Both the position numbers and the translations under genes were made by a program. A DNA stretch of 63,169 nt, counting the filler, from Reclinomonas americana ATCC 50394 (Eukaryota), in assembly GCA_048213135.1 (NCBI GenBank). It is 4 parts of 3 records of this genome, joined end to end, with 100 filler letters (N's around TTAATTAATTAA, not from the genome) between each part and the next. Parts side by side here need not be neighbours in the genome. Positions count along the whole stretch, not along the records: positions 26,946 to 42,840 come from PS015239.1; positions 42,941 to 59,472 come from PS015239.1; 2 more parts are not named here. The stretch is one strand, 5' to 3'. Below the pieces are notes generated by a model. That model was not told the DNA's origin, did not search any database, and worked only from the letters and a program-made list of their open reading frames with translations. Below, piece by piece: positions 36,166 to 49,700 of the stretch (position 1 is the first letter of the stretch; each line of letters opens with the position of its first letter).

Positions 36166-37452
36166 TCAGTTCTTGCCGTCGGTTGTCTCTTGGTGATGAA
36201 GCAGTGCCGCTCCATCATGGTCATCTCCTGGTGTCGGCGATGTGAACATTTGCGACTGGGCGACCGGTGGAGCTGCGGCGGCAGCGCCAGGAGCAGCGGC
36301 TGGGGTTTGAGGGTGGTAGTTGGTCGGCAGCGGTGGGTAGCCGTAGTATGCGGCGGCGGCAGCGGCCATGGCCGCGTGATAGTGGTACGCGGCAGCAGGG
36401 TCTACGGGCTGCGACTGATAGCTGTACTCGCCGTCGGCACCGGCGCCACCACCACCTCCGTACGGCATGTGCGGTGGATAGCCTGGTGGCGGCTGGCCGT
36501 ATGCACCAGGCGGTGGCATGGGATACGCACCGGGCGGTGGCATGGGATACGCACCGGGTGGTGGCATGGGGTACGCACCAGGTGGCGGCGGAGGTCCACC
36601 TGGGAACTGCGGTTGTGGTTGCGGTGGTGGTCGTCCAGGTGGGTTCTGACCGCCTTGGCCGGGCATGGGAGGCTTCTGCGGAGCCGACGATGGCGCCTGC
36701 TGCTGCCCCGCTGGCTGTGCAGTGACGTTGCCGATTTCCACCTCAATGTAACCAGTGCAGGCGATTTGCGTCTCATTGTAAGGACCGACATCACGCATAA
36801 GCGTCTGCAATACCAGGCGCATGCTGTGGTACAAGAGGATGAGTGCATTCTTAATATAGTCCCACTCGTTTGTGCGCTGCAGCGAGACGCAACTTGCGCG
36901 AACGCAGCTCGGCATTCTTGTACGTCAGGTACTGCTCAATGGCTGCTCGGCATGCATCGAAAATCTCGCGCACGCGGAAATGAAAGTGCTTGAACGTCCA
37001 CGTCGGGCGGCGCTTGGTCTATGCGGAAGAAGTGCGTGAGACAGGGAAAGAGAGAGAGAGAGACAGAAGAAGGTGGCGGATGGCAACTCACATTGCCGCC
37101 GCAAATGTTGCAGTACGTGCATGCGGCAACCAGGAAGCAGCAGCAGCAGCCAATGCACCACCACATACTCTCCGTCGAGGTGCGGCAGTCGCGTGTGTCG
37201 TAGGTCCTGAGGTCACCAAGAGCCGAGAGCAAAGTACATGAGAACAGAGGAGACGCACAGCGGGGCAAGGAGAACAGTAAACGCACCATTCGAGGAGCAC
37301 AGGTGCGAGTTGTTCTTCGAAGGGCAGACTGATGGCGTTCAGTTCACGAACGACGGTGGCCTCGAGTTCCTCACTGCAATGCAGATGCAAGGGATGAGTA
37401 AAGGTGGCAGGCTGACATGACGACTGCAGCAGGGGGAGACGAACCGTGACAT
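36166..37452 (-). CDS. Erf4/GOLGA7-like Cys-rich protein with a Pro-rich tail, paralog 1; 5' end uncertain
   Basis: EELEATVVRELNAI...WWCIGCCCCFLVAACTYC...AIEQYLTYKNAELRSR|NMRLVL...GYIEVEI resembles the Erf4/GCP16 layout. Followed by (PPPGAYPM)x3 and ending DGKN*. Family assignment is by eye. Confidence 0.55.
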
Positions 37453-37857
37453 CTGCGACAACGACGAGGAGGGAGAGTGAGTGTGAGAATGCGAACAAGC
37501 AGGAAAATGGTGGAGGAGAGCAAGGGAAGTGCCAACAATAAACTGACAGAGAAAGCCAAGGAGAAGAACGCGGGTGGCTGCTGGCAATACTTGCATGCAT
37601 GAAAACCAATGCAATTGCAGCCGGACAACATCGCGACATGCGGTCAACAACATGACACAGCAACAATATCAGCTGTTCTCTCTCTCTCTCTCTCTGTGGC
37701 GTGCTTGTGACAGCAACACTGAGCACGACTTGTGCACTCACCAGCTGTTCACCCCACACTGGCCAGTCCAATACGAAACCTGTGCACATGCATGCATGCG
37801 TGTGTGAGTGAGCAGAGNNNNNNNNNNNNNNNNNNNNGTAACGGTACGGACGTCGCA

Positions 37858-37909
<52 letters not shown>

Positions 37910-38321
37910 ACAATGCAGTGATTGCCGTTCGGAAGTCCCCGAGGACTTCGTTCATGGTCTTGACGTCAGGTGCGAGGCCTTCTCAGTGCATGGTGGACAA
38001 GTGCGAACAGCTGTGGTTGTTGCTCTCCGCCACCGCCATTGCTTTCAGTTTGCATGATAATCGCCATCGTGAGTGCATGCGCACGCAGGGTGAATTCGAA
38101 TTCGAATTCGAACACCAGAAACGTGCACGCGTTGCTGCAAGAGAAACCACGGCTCGTAACAAGCATGGATTTGATGCCGAATTCCATGGCCAAGCAAGAA
38201 ATGCAGAAAGAAAGGAAGCCGCTTCATTCATCAAATTTCAAAAACGAGAAATATTAAAGCATGTCCGGCAAAGCTGAAGCCTTTTTCTGCATTCCTGTTT
38301 GGAGCTTCACTCCTTCGCACC

Positions 38322-39283
38322 TCAGTTCTTGCCATCGTAGGTGTCACGGTGATGAAGCAGTGCCGCTCGAGCGCCATCATGGTCGTCTCCTGCCGCCGGC
38401 CACGGTGTCGGCATCGTGAACATTTGCGACTGCGATACCGGTGGAGCTGCAGCGCCAGCAGCAGCGCCAGCAGGAGTTGGAGCGTAGTAGTTGGTCGGTA
38501 ACGACGGGTAGCCGTAGTGTGTGGGGTCGGCAGCGGCCATGGCCGTGTTGCTGTGGTACGCGGCGGCAGCGGTAGTTGGGCCCACCGGCTGCGACTGGTA
38601 GCTGTATTCGCCGTTAGCATCGGCACGCCACCGTACGGCGTGTGCGGTGGATAGGCTGGTACTGGTGGCGCATGGCCGTGCGCACGAGGTGGTGGCACGG
38701 GAAACGCACCACGGCCTGGTGGTGGCACCGGAAACGAATTCGAAGCAGGAGGCGGTGGAGGTCCACCAGGGAATTCGAACTGCGATTGCGGTTGCGCTGG
38801 TGGACGTCCAGGTGGGATCTGACCGCCTTGGCCATGACCGGGCATGGGCCGACCGGAAGGCCTCTGAGAAGCCGACGGCGGTGGCCCCTGCTGCTGACCG
38901 TGGCCGGGCACGGGTCGCCCGGATGGCCTCTGCGGAGCCGATGGTGGTGGCCCCTGCTGCTGCCCATGGTCGGGCATAGGCCGGCCGGAAGGCCTCTGCG
39001 GAGCCGACGGTGGAGGCCCCTGCTGCTGCCCATGGCCAGCTGGCTGTGCAGTGGCGTTGCCGATTTCCACTTCAATGTAGCCAGTGCGAGCAACTTGCCT
39101 CTCATTGTGAGGACCAACGTCGCGTTGAAGCGTCTGCAGAACCAGGCGCATGCTGTAGTACAAGAGGATGAGTGCAATCTCCTTTTCGTTCCACTCATTC
39201 ATGTGCCGAGCTCGAGACGCAACTTGCGATAACGCAGTTCGGCATTCTTGTACGCCAGGTACTGCTCAATGTCGGCTCGGCAC
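38322..39283 (-). pseudogene. Tandem paralog 2 of the preceding gene, with an apparent 1-nt frameshift; 5' end in gap
   Basis: Clear nucleotide similarity to 36166-36952, including the intron. The frame shifts near 38625 relative to paralog 1, and the homologous DGKN* end at 38322 is in a different frame. Could be a sequencing error or a novel C-terminus. Confidence 0.55.
38835..39035 (-). repeat. Three 66-bp coding tandem repeats (HGQQQGPPPSAPQRPSGRPMPx)
   Basis: The GGCCCCTGCTGCTG motif recurs every ~66-67 nt from 38883, and the protein unit is 22 aa. Confidence 0.9.
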
Positions 39284-40242
39284 NNNNNNNNNNNNNNNNN
39301 NNNNNNNNNNNNNNNNNNNNNNNNNNNNNNNNNNNNNNNNNNNNNNNNNNNNNNNNNNNNNNNNNNNNNNNNNNNNNNNNNNNNNNNNNNNNNNNNNNNN
39401 NNNNNNNNNNNNNNNNNNNNNNNNNNNNNNNNNNNNNNNNNNNNNNNNNNNNNNNNNNNNNNNNNNNNNNNNNNNNNNNNNNNNNNNNNNNNNNNNNNNN
39501 NNNNNNNNNNNNNNNNNNNNNNNNNNNNNNNNNNNNNNNNNNNNNNNNNNNNNNNNNNNNNNNNNNNNNNNNNNNNNNNNNNNNNNNNNNNNNNNNNNNN
39601 NNNNNNNNNNNNNNNNNNNNNNNNNNNNNNNNNNNNNNNNNNNNNNNNNNNNNNNNNNNNNNNNNNNNNNNNNNNNNNNNNNNNNNNNNNNNNNNNNNNN
39701 NNNNNNNNNNNNNNNNNNNNNNNNNNNNNNNNNNNNNNNNNNNNNNNNNNNNNNNNNNNNNNNNNNNNNNNNNNNNNNNNNNNNNNNNNNNNNNNNNNNN
39801 GGAGGAGGAGGAAGAGGAGGAGGAAAGGGAGAGGTGGAAGAAGAAAGAGGAGAAGTTCACGGAATAGAGCAATGGGGAGGAGAAGGAAAGGAAAGCAGAG
39901 AGGGCTGGGGCGAAGACAAAGAAAGTGAGAGACCATGACAGATGGAAAGGGAGAAGAAGAGGAAGAAGAACAGGAGGAGTTCACGGTATGCGGTGATGGG
40001 GAAGGGAGGAAGGCAGAGAGAGGGATGCGAGAAGAAGACCATGACAAAGTGGAAGAGGGAAGAGAAAAGGAGGGCGAGGGCCTGGAAGACTTCACGGAAT
40101 TATGTGACTTGATGAAAGGGTATCAACACAAGGAAAGACAGAAACAATGAGACAGGAGACGTCGAAAAAGAAGAAGAAGAAAGAGTTAACGGAATGCAGG
40201 AGAAGGAATGGTGACTGAGGAAGAAAAAGAATGTGTCTACCA

Positions 40243-42687
40243 TCACGGCACAACATACAGCATTGCTTCACCGCAGAAAAGACGAGCACAACCCGAGAGA
40301 CATGAACTGATCAAGCATTCCTCCAACAAAGCTCTCTTTTTCCAACTCTCTCTTCGACAAGAACTGCGAGCTGCTTCCCTTTCTCTCTCTCCCCCCTCCC
40401 CTCCCTGCCACTCACCGCCCTCCGACTCCCCTCCCGTGACTCCGCAGTACTCCAGCAACGCGCGCGCATGATGTGCCCCCTCAAACTCCATGCCCTCGAG
40501 ATGGAGCTCCTCCAACGAGTCGTGCACGCCTCGCAGCGTCTTTAGCATGTCGGGAAACATCTCCAATGAGTCGGGCTGACTGCAGCTCAGCGCCAGTGAG
40601 CGCAAGTGGGGCAGCCTCCTGAGTAGGCGCACCAGGGTCTCCATGTCTGCACGCGAACGCAAATGAGCGACGGCGAAATCAAGAGAGAGAGTCTCTCGCA
40701 TGCGCGCAACTTCTCTTGGTGCCGAGCCACGGAGTCTCCAACGCCAGCGTCCTCAGCCGCAGCCCGGTGCCTGTGCTCCGCAACCACAGCGTTGTCAGCA
40801 GCTCCAGAATCGCCGACTCTGCATGCTGCGCCAGTGTCTCACTCATCCTGTGCAATTGTGTGAGCTGCCAGCTGTGTCGAAACACCGCCCCTCACAAACA
40901 CAACGCAACGCCTCGGAGTGATTGCTGCCGGTGCTGAATGTGAGCTCCTCCAGTGCGAGGTTGGCGGGCGTGGCGAGACCCTGCGCCACCATGAAGACGT
41001 ACTCGGGTGTCAAGTACTCCATGGGCGGGTGGCGCACTGGGTCGGCGTTGGTGCTCGACGACACGGAGCGCGACTCGAAGGGCAGCAGGTGCATGCTGCG
41101 GAGGTGGGGGATGAGCTCGCACACGCCGCGAATGGCCAGGGCGCGGAGGTCGGATTGTGGCTGTGAAGGGGGGAGGGAAGGGGGAAGGGGGTGAGGAGAA
41201 GGGAAGGACGACTGATCTTCATCTTCGCCCAAAGCTGAAGAGGGAGGAAGAGAACAATGCAGAGAGAACGAAGAGTTGCGAAGAGGCGGAGAGAGGAGAG
41301 TGAAGCGACTGATCTCCTCTCGCTTGAAACTTGAGAGGAGAGTGAACGATGGGCGGCAACAGAGATGATGAAGGAGAAAGAGGTGAGAGAGGGAAGGAAA
41401 AAGAAGGCAGCGGCGATTGAGCGTCATCTCCTCACGTTCGCTCCACGTGGGAGAGTGAGAACGCTCAAAGGGAGAGAGAATGAAGGTTGCAAAGAAGACG
41501 AGAAGGAGAGAAAGGAGGAGCACGAGCGAGAGCAGATCGACTTCCATCCTCTTCTCTCTTCACTCCTCGTTGACGAGTGAGGAAGAATACAAAGCAGGGG
41601 AACGAAGGGTTGCAAAGAAGTGGAGAGAGGAGAGTGAGACGACTGATCTCCTCTTGAGAGGAGAGTATACGATGGGCGGTAACAGGGATAATGAAAGGAG
41701 AAGAGACGAGAGACGAGTGGGAACAGGGACGATCGATTCTCATCTCCTCACGCTCGCTCCACGTGGGAGAGTGAGAACGCTCAAAGGGAGAGAGCATGAA
41801 GGTTGCAAAGAAGACGAGACGGAGAGCACAAGCGAGAACAGATCGATTTCCATACTCTTCTCTCTTCACTCCTGGTGTACGAAAGAGGAAGAGAACAAAG
41901 CAGAGAGAATGATGGGTTGCAAAGGAGAGGAATACATGGCAGCAACGCATCTCATTTTCACTCTCTGGAAGGAAGAGGAGAAAAGGAAGAACTGGAACAC
42001 ATCGAGGCTGAGAGGAAGGCGACTCAGTTCTCGTCCCTCTTCCCGACCTCCCCCTTCTCCAGCAACGACGGTCGATCCCTTGTTTCTCCCCTCTCCCCTT
42101 CCCTTCTCCGTACGCAACATCCGACGTCTCAAACTCATACACCTCAAACGCCGACGCCGGCACAATCAAATGCCGCAATCGCATCGGCAAACCAGCCGCC
42201 GGCACCGATCGCATAAACTCAGGCCTGCATGCATGCACAACTCTATATCAGAATATAACAGATATCAAGCAATAGTATACAATCCCCAGTAAAAAAAACC
42301 TGCTATACAGTGACATTTCCCGCAACCGAGGCAGCTCACTGTGACGTGCAGTGGCGCACAGCAGATGCTGAATTTCCATGCCCGAATACGCGGCAATCTG
42401 TGCGCGCAACGCCGCAATTTCCGAGTCGCGTTGCTCCCAGGCCGAGGCCAGTGTGCCTCGCCAGTCGAGCGAGGAGACAGAGGTGCAGGCGAGGTGCGCC
42501 CTGTTTTTGCAGAGAGTGAGCGAGGCAAGGGTGGAGGGAGGTGGGGGGAAGAGTGCAAGACTCACCATCGGCGACTGACGAGGGCGTGGACTCGTGAGAA
42601 CTCGGTCAAGGTGAAAAAGGAGAGAACGCAGCGCCAGATGGACTCGTCGACAGAGTCGAAGGCGAAGAGCGGCGATGGCTCTGACAT
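40243..42687 (-). CDS. F-box / LRR-like protein; 3' end uncertain
   Basis: Exon 1 encodes SVDESIWRCVLSFFTLTEFSRVHALVSRRW (F-box pattern). Later exons have LPRLREMSL, LRLRTLAL, LPHLRSLAL and SLEELHL LRR-like motifs. Introns splice in frame. Confidence 0.7.
41230..41930. repeat. Degenerate ~316-bp tandem duplication inside an F-box gene intron
   Basis: CATCTCCTCACG.TCGCTCCACGTGGGAGAGTGAGAACGCTCAAAGGGAGAGAG occurs at ~41425 and ~41741. Confidence 0.8.
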
Positions 42688-42840
42688 GGGCGGATTGATG
42701 GAGTGAGGTGGTGGCGTGGATGGACAGGACACGATGGGACGACGGGATTTGCCGGGAATAGTGGGCGAAGGCTTGACTGGAGAGGAAGGGAGGGAGTGTG
42801 TGAGTGAGTGTGTGAGTGAGTGTGTGAGTGAGTGAGTGAG

Positions 42841-42940
42841 NNNNNNNNNNNNNNNNNNNNNNNNNNNNNNNNNNNNNNNNNNNNTTAATTAATTAANNNN
42901 NNNNNNNNNNNNNNNNNNNNNNNNNNNNNNNNNNNNNNNN
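42841..42940. other. Artificial contig linker
   Basis: Same 100-nt N/TTAATTAATTAA block. Confidence 0.95.
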
Positions 42941-43707
42941 CCCTTGCTTGCAGCAGCGCGATGCTCTCCCCACCCCACCCCTTGCTTGTCTTTTCTGGGT
43001 CGCTGCGTTTTCTTTCATGTTCTGTGTCTTGGCGTGCATTATTTTTGTGCGTGCCGGCAGGAGTGGAGAAAATGTATCGCGAAAGAGAGAGTGGCAAAGT
43101 TGGTGGCAAAAGGGAGGGAGGGTCGATTGAGGGGAAGGGTTCAAGGGTCCGAATGGGACCAAAGGTGATAGGGGGAAGGGCTAACCTGCTGATCGTCAAG
43201 GGTCGGGAATGAGGCGAAGGTGAGTTACCATGGGTTTAGAGTGATAGGGGGAGGGATCAGGGCCAACCTGCTGATCGGGAGTGAGGTCAAGGCGAGCTGG
43301 CGAGGATCGACCGTGGTCAAATTGACTTGAAAGACGCCGTTCTGCAAGAAGGGACTTGTTTGGCGAGCTGATGGTGCAGAGACTCTTGTAATCATACGCT
43401 GTAGGGCTCCCGCAACTCACAGAGACCTCCAGCCACGAGAAACCCGATTCAGCCGAAAAATTGACCGTTACGTTTCGCACCTCGCGCGAAATTGTCACCC
43501 TTACATTTCACGATCGCGGCGAGAAAAGGCCACTCTCTTTCTCTTCTCCTTTCTCCCACTCTGACTCACACACTCATCTCCTCAGTGTGACACTCTTTCT
43601 GTGAAAGTGCAGCTGGGTGCGTGTGTGTGTCTCTGTTTTGTAAACAGTCTGTCGATTTCACACTGATCTCTCTCTCCATCTTGTGTGTGTCACTCGCGCA
43701 GGCCACC

Positions 43708-46700
43708 ATGCGTATCCAAGAGATCATCATTGATGGCTTCAAGAGTTGCGCCGCGAGGCGAGAGCAGGCAGTTGTGGAGAGCAGTGTTGACAGTCAGCAA
43801 ATGCGGTGTTGTCACTCTCTCTCACACTCACACACACGCTCGACCGCAGAGAGAGAGAGCCTGCACGCCCCATCATTTGTCTTCGTCTTTCTTCTTGCAA
43901 ATCTCTCTTCTCTCGCCTCTCCTCTCCTCTCCTCTCCTCTCCTCTCCTCTCNNNNNNNNNNNNNNNNNNNNNNNNNNNNNNNNNNNNNNNNNNNNNNNNN
44001 NNNNNNNNNNNNNNNNNNNNNNNNNNNNNNNNNNNNNNNNNNNNNNNNNNNNNNNNNNNNNNNNNNNNNNNNNNNNNNNNNNNNNNNNNNNNNNNNNNNN
44101 NNNNNNNNNNNNNNNNNNNNNNNNNNNNNNNNNNNNNNNNNNNNNNNNNNNNNNNNNNNNNNNNNNNNNNNNNNNNNNNNNNNNNNNNNNNNNNNNNNNN
44201 NNNNNNNNNNNNNNNNNNNNNNNNNNNNNNNNNNNNNNNNNNNNNNNNNNNNNNNNNNNNNNNNNNNNNNNNNNNNNNNNNNNNNNNNNNNNNNNNNNNN
44301 NNNNNNNNNNNNNNNNNNNNNNNNNNNNNNNNNNNNNNNNNNNNNNNNNNNNNNNNNNNNNNNNNNNNNNNNNNNNNNNNNNNNNNNNNNNNNNNNNNNN
44401 NNNNNNNNNNNNNNNNNNNNNNNNNNNNNNNNNNNNNNNNNNNNNNNNNNNNNNNNNNNNNNNNNNNNNNNNNNNNNNNNNNNNNNNNNNNNNNNNNNNN
44501 NNNNNNNNNNNNNNNNNNNNNNNNNNNNNNNNNNNNNNNNNNNNNNNNNNNNNNNNNNNNNNNNNNNNNNNNNNNNNNNNNNNNNNNNNNNNNNNNNNNN
44601 NNNNNNNNNNNNNNNNNNNNNNNNNNNNNNNNNNNNNNNNNNNNNNNNNNNNNNNNNNNNNNNNNNNNNNNNNNNNNNNNNNNNNNNNNNNNNNNNNNNN
44701 NNNNNNNNNNNNNNNNNNNNNNNNNNNNNNNNNNNNNNNNNNNNNNNNNNNNNNNNNNNNNNNNNNNNNNNNNNNNNNNNNNNNNNNNNNNNNNNNNNNN
44801 NNNNNNNNNNNNNNNNNNNNNNNNNNNNNNNNNNNNNNNNNNNNCCGGCAAGAGCAACATTCTCGACGCCATCTGCTTTGTCCTCGGCATCTCCAACCTG
44901 CAGCAGGTACTCGTGGTTTGCATTTGTCTTTGTCTCTGCCTCTCCCTTCTCCCTCACTCTTGACGAACTGCAGGTCCGCGCCAGCAACCTCTCTGAGTTG
45001 GTCTACAAGCACGGACAGGCCGGTGTAACAAAGGCCAGCGTCAGCATCGTGTTCGACAACTCGGATCGCAGACAGAGCCCTGTTGGCTACGAGCAGTACG
45101 ATGTGATCACAGTGACGCGTCAGGTGGTCATCGGAGGTGAGAACACGTCACTGCAGACAATGGGGGGAGATGTCGTCATCGAGAACCGATTCCTGCTGGA
45201 AGTCACTGCTTTCTATGCGTGTTGCTGTCACCATTTACAGTGTGCTGTCTCCTCCTTGCGAGTCACTCGTTCTCTCCCTCTTTCCTTCTCTCTTCCTCCT
45301 TCCATTTCCCTTCCCCCGTTCTCTTTCCAGCTACCCCTGCCCCCTCTCCTCTCCTTTCCTCTCCACTTTCCCTCTCTCTTCTTCTCTCAACTTTCCTTCT
45401 CTCCCCTCATCTCTGTTCTCTCCCTGCCTTGTGTCCCTTCTCTTCTCTCTTCTCTCAGCTTCCGTTCCCCCTTCTCCTCCTCTCTTCCCCTTCACCCTTC
45501 TCCTTCTCTCCCCCCTTCTCTTCCCCTTCTTACCCCTTTCGTGGCCAGGCCGCAACAAATACCTGATCAACGGCCACGTCGCGCAACTGGCACAAGTGCA
45601 AAACCTTTTCCACAGCGTCGGTCTCAACGTGAACAATCCCACCTTCCTCATCATGCAAGGTCGCATCACCAAGGTGCTGAACATGAAGCCACCAGAGGTG
45701 TGTCTCCTTGTTCTCTCGATTCTTTTCAAATTGCACGCATCAACACCCTCTCTTTCTCGTAGGTGCTCGGCATGATTGAGGAGGCCGCCGGCACGCGCAT
45801 GTACGAGGTCAAGAAGGACGCCTCGCTGCGCACCATTGAGAAGAAGGACCACAAGCTGCAGGAGATCAATGGGGTGAGCAAGAAACATCGCACCACTCCT
45901 TCTTTCAGTCGCTCATCCCTTTCCCCACTAGATCCTGAACGACGAAATCATCCCCAAGCTCAACAAGCTGCGCGAGCAAAAGTCACAGTACGAGGAGTTT
46001 GCGCGTGCGGTCGCCGACACGGAGCGCCTCTCGCGATTCGTCGTGGCATTCACATACACGGAGCGTGAGAAGGCCGTCAAGTTGCACCTTGTGGCTGTCG
46101 AGGATCTGCAGCGCTCGGTGCAGGAGCTCGAATCGCAGCGCGAGGAGCTGGAACGCGAGGTACAGTGTCATACTCCGGAACAAAACACAGCTTGTGTGCC
46201 TCTAGTCTCACGAACTGTTATAGGTGCGCGCCATTGAGCGCGAGATCCACGAGTTGCAGGCGCAGCGCGACGCCAAGGTGGAGGAGGAGACGAAGCGATT
46301 GGAGGAGGCGACGACCCAGGCCTCCAAGGAAGTGGTCAAGGCCACCACCGTGTGGCAGAATCGCTTGGAGGCTCACAACAAGGAGCGGGAGGGCATTGAG
46401 GCGACTCGTGCCAGCGCCACCGAGGTGCGTGCGATGATGAGGAGAAGGGAGCCTACAAGATGGCTCACGTTTGCGCCACGCAGGTCCAATCCACTCTCCA
46501 GAAGCAACGGCGGCACATGGACAAGCTGCGCAAGGAGCTCGACCGCATGGTTAAGGATAAGCGCGCCGCCGAGCAGCTGCTGGAGGAGTTGCAGTGCCAG
46601 TACGAGTCGGTGCTGGCTGGTGTGGCTGGTGGAGATGGCAAGAAGACCCTCACGGAGACGTTGATGGGTGAGCTGCATGCAGGGGGGGTAGGGAACGGGA

Positions 46701-49700
46701 TAGAAAGGGGAAAAGGTCTTTGCATACGATGTGCTGTGAAGCGAGTGACAGGCGGAAGACTGTAGAATCGTGTTTGTCTCTCTTTTCTCTTTTTCTCTTC
46801 GGTATCACTTCCTGTCTTGCGTTTTTCTCTTTCCTCTGTGCTCCTCTTTTCCGTGTCTCTCTTATTTCCTCGCTCTTTCTCTCTTATGCCAATCTCTCGA
46901 CCTCTCTTCCTTCTCTTTTATTTCTCTCCCCCCCCTCTCTGTCTTTCTGTCTTCTGTGTCTCTTGTTTCGTCTCTATCTTCTTTCTCTCTTCCCGTCTGT
47001 TGTCTCTGTCTCTCTCCCGGTCATTCTTAGTCGTCTGTCTCTGTCTCGTCACTCTTTCTTGTACGTCTCTCACTCCTTTCCCTTGTCCTATCTTCTGCCC
47101 TTCTCTTCGCTCCTTCTTGTGCTCCCCTCTCCCTCTCTCTTCCGTCTCTTTCCTTCTCCCTCTCCCTTCGGTCTCTCTTCCTCTCTTTTGTTTACCTGTT
47201 CAATCTCTCCACTGCCTCTGTTGCTATCTTTAGTTTCTCTCTTCTTCCGCGTCCCTCTCTCTGTTCTCACCTTCCCTGTGCAGTCGCTTTTCTCGTCCAT
47301 ACGCTCTTTCTTGTATCCTCTCTCTTTCACTGCTGTCTTCTGCCTCGCTATTTCTCTCTTCCAGTGCCCTCCCCGTTCTCTTCCCCTTCTCTTCCCCTTC
47401 TCTTCCCCTTCTCTTCCCCTTCTCTTCCCCCTCCTTCCCCTTCCTTCCCCCTNNNNNNNNNNNNNNNNNNNNNNNNNNNNNNNNNNNNNNNNNNNNNNNN
47501 NNNNNNNNNNNNNNNNNNNNNNNNNNNNNNNNNNNNNNNNNNNNNNNNNNNNNNNNNNNNNNNNNNNNNNNNNNNNNNNNNNNNNNNNNNNNNNNNNNNN
47601 NNNNNNNNNNNNNNNNNNNNNNNNNNNNNNNNNNNNNNNNNNNNNNNNNNNNNNNNNNNNNNNNNNNNNNNNNNNNNNNNNNNNNNNNNNNNNNNNNNNN
47701 NNNNNNNNNNNNNNNNNNNNNNNNNNNNNNNNNNNNNNNNNNNNNNNNNNNNNNNNNNNNNNNNNNNNNNNNNNNNNNNNNNNNNNNNNNNNNNNNNNNN
47801 NNNNNNNNNNNNNNNNNNNNNNNNNNNNNNNNNNNCACGTCGATTCCCCCAGATTCATCCTGGTCATCTGACTTATGCCTTGATGCAGGCCGAGATTGAG
47901 CGACTGGCCTTTGATCCCAGCGAGCTGCAGGGCCTCGAGCGCCGTCGTGCTGAGATGCGCAAGTCCACCGACTCCTTCCGCTCGCGCGTGGAGGAAATGT
48001 CGGCACAAATGTCGAGACTGTCGTTCCAGTACGCGGACCCCGAGCGCAACTTTGATCGCCGTCAAGTCAAGGCACGGGCCATGCCAATTTCATCATCATC
48101 GTGTTCCCCTGCTTACGTCCTCTCGTGTAGGGTCTTGTGGCACGCCTGCTGGAGGTGCAATCACCCGAGGCCGCCACGGCGCTGGAGGTGTGCGCCGGTG
48201 CCAAGCTGTACCAGGTGGTGGTGACCACGGAAGAAGTGGGCAAGAAGCTGCTGGACAAGGGCAAGCTGCAGCGCCGAGTGACGATTATTCCGCTCAACAA
48301 GATTCGCTCGCAACGTGTGCCTGAGCAGGTGCGTTGCACAACCCTAAAATCCATGCCCTTTTGCCTCTTCCCCTCATTCTCTCTCTCCTTTCCCACCAGG
48401 TATGCTCACTGGCCAAGGACCGAGTGGGTGAAGCGAATGCCGATCTGGCGCTGTCGCTGATTGGCTACGACCGCGAGCTGGAGGCCGCCATGTCGTATGT
48501 GTTTGGTGGCACCATCATCTGCCGTGACATGGACGCTGCAAAGGCGGTGGCATTCGACCGCGATCTGCGCGTGAAGACCGTGACGCTGGACGGCGAGGTC
48601 TTTGATCCGCGCGGTACTCTGACGGGTGGATCGCTGCCATCGAACAGCTCGGTCTTGCTGCGACTGCAGGAGCTCTCTGGTGCGTCGCACAGCGAAGGAG
48701 AAGAAGAAGAAAGCAAGCACTCCAAGAAAATCTCACTTGCCTTGCTTGCAGAGGGCGAGCGCCAGCTGGCCGACTCGGAGCATGCACTCGGCGAGATCGA
48801 GCAGCGCATTGCCCAGCTGAAGACCGTGGAGGCGCGATACACGGAACTGACACGCGAGCGTGAACTCGTGCGCCACCAGGGCGCTCTGGTGCAGGATCGC
48901 CTCAAGCAGAGTGCGCAGTACAAGGTGATTGAGGAGTACCGCGCGCTGGAGATCGAGCTGGAGGAGAAGGAGAAGATCCAGACGCAGTCAATGGAGCTGG
49001 TGGCGACACTCGAGGCGCGGTACGAGGAGCTGGAGCAGGAGATGGAGAATTTCGCCGGCAAGCAGGGGAAGCAAAAGAAGGATATTGAGGTAAACAGGGG
49101 AGAGGGCGGGAAGGGGGAAGGCAGAGGGGAAGGGAGAGGGGAAGGGAGAGGAGGAGANNNNNNNNNNNNNNNNNNNNNNNNNNNNNNNNNNNNNNNNNNN
49201 NNNNNNNNNNNNNNNNNNNNNNNNNNNNNNNNNNNNNNNNNNNNNNNNNNNNNNNNNNNNNNNNNNNNNNNNNNNNNNNNNNNNNNNNNNNNNNNNNNNN
49301 NNNNNNNNNNNNNNNNNNNNNNNNNNNNNNNNNNNNNNNNNNNNNNNNNNNNNNNNNNNNNNNNNNNNNNNNNNNNNNNNNNNNNNNNNNNNNNNNNNNN
49401 NNNNNNNNNNNNNNNNNNNNNNNNNNNNNNNNNNNNNNNNNNNNNNNNNNNNNNNNNNNNNNNNNNNNNNNNNNNNNNNNNNNNNNNNNNNNNNNNNNNN
49501 NNNNNNNNNNNNNNNNNNNNNNNNNNNNNNNNNNNNNNNNNNNNNNNNNNNNNNNNNNNNNNNNNNNNNNNNNNNNNNNNNNNNNNNNNNNNNNNNNNNN
49601 NNNNNNNNNNNNNNNNNNNNNNNNNNNNNNNNNNNNNNNNNNNNNNNNNNNNNNNNNNNNNNNNNNNNNNNNNNNNNNNNNNNNNNNNNNNNNNNNNNNN

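Noticed and set aside
39199-39202. Premature stop (LELGT*) in paralog 2
   Set aside because: It lies inside the intron starting at the GTTGCG donor 39223, which paralog 1 shares.
43170-43498. Short minus-strand ORF and small direct repeat (AACCTGCTGATCG x2) upstream of SMC2
   Set aside because: It may be the first exon of a divergent gene, but there is no motif and the piece ends at a linker.
43741-43752. SMC2 GFKSC substitution or a GC donor in exon 1
   Set aside because: Explained by a phase-1 GT donor (AAG A|GTTGCG at 43745), which allows the normal GFKSY.
46720-47452. Long Leu/Ser/Phe-rich ORFs resembling membrane proteins (also 45137-45550 and 61140-61480)
   Set aside because: They are translations of CT-rich low-complexity introns or run through N gaps.
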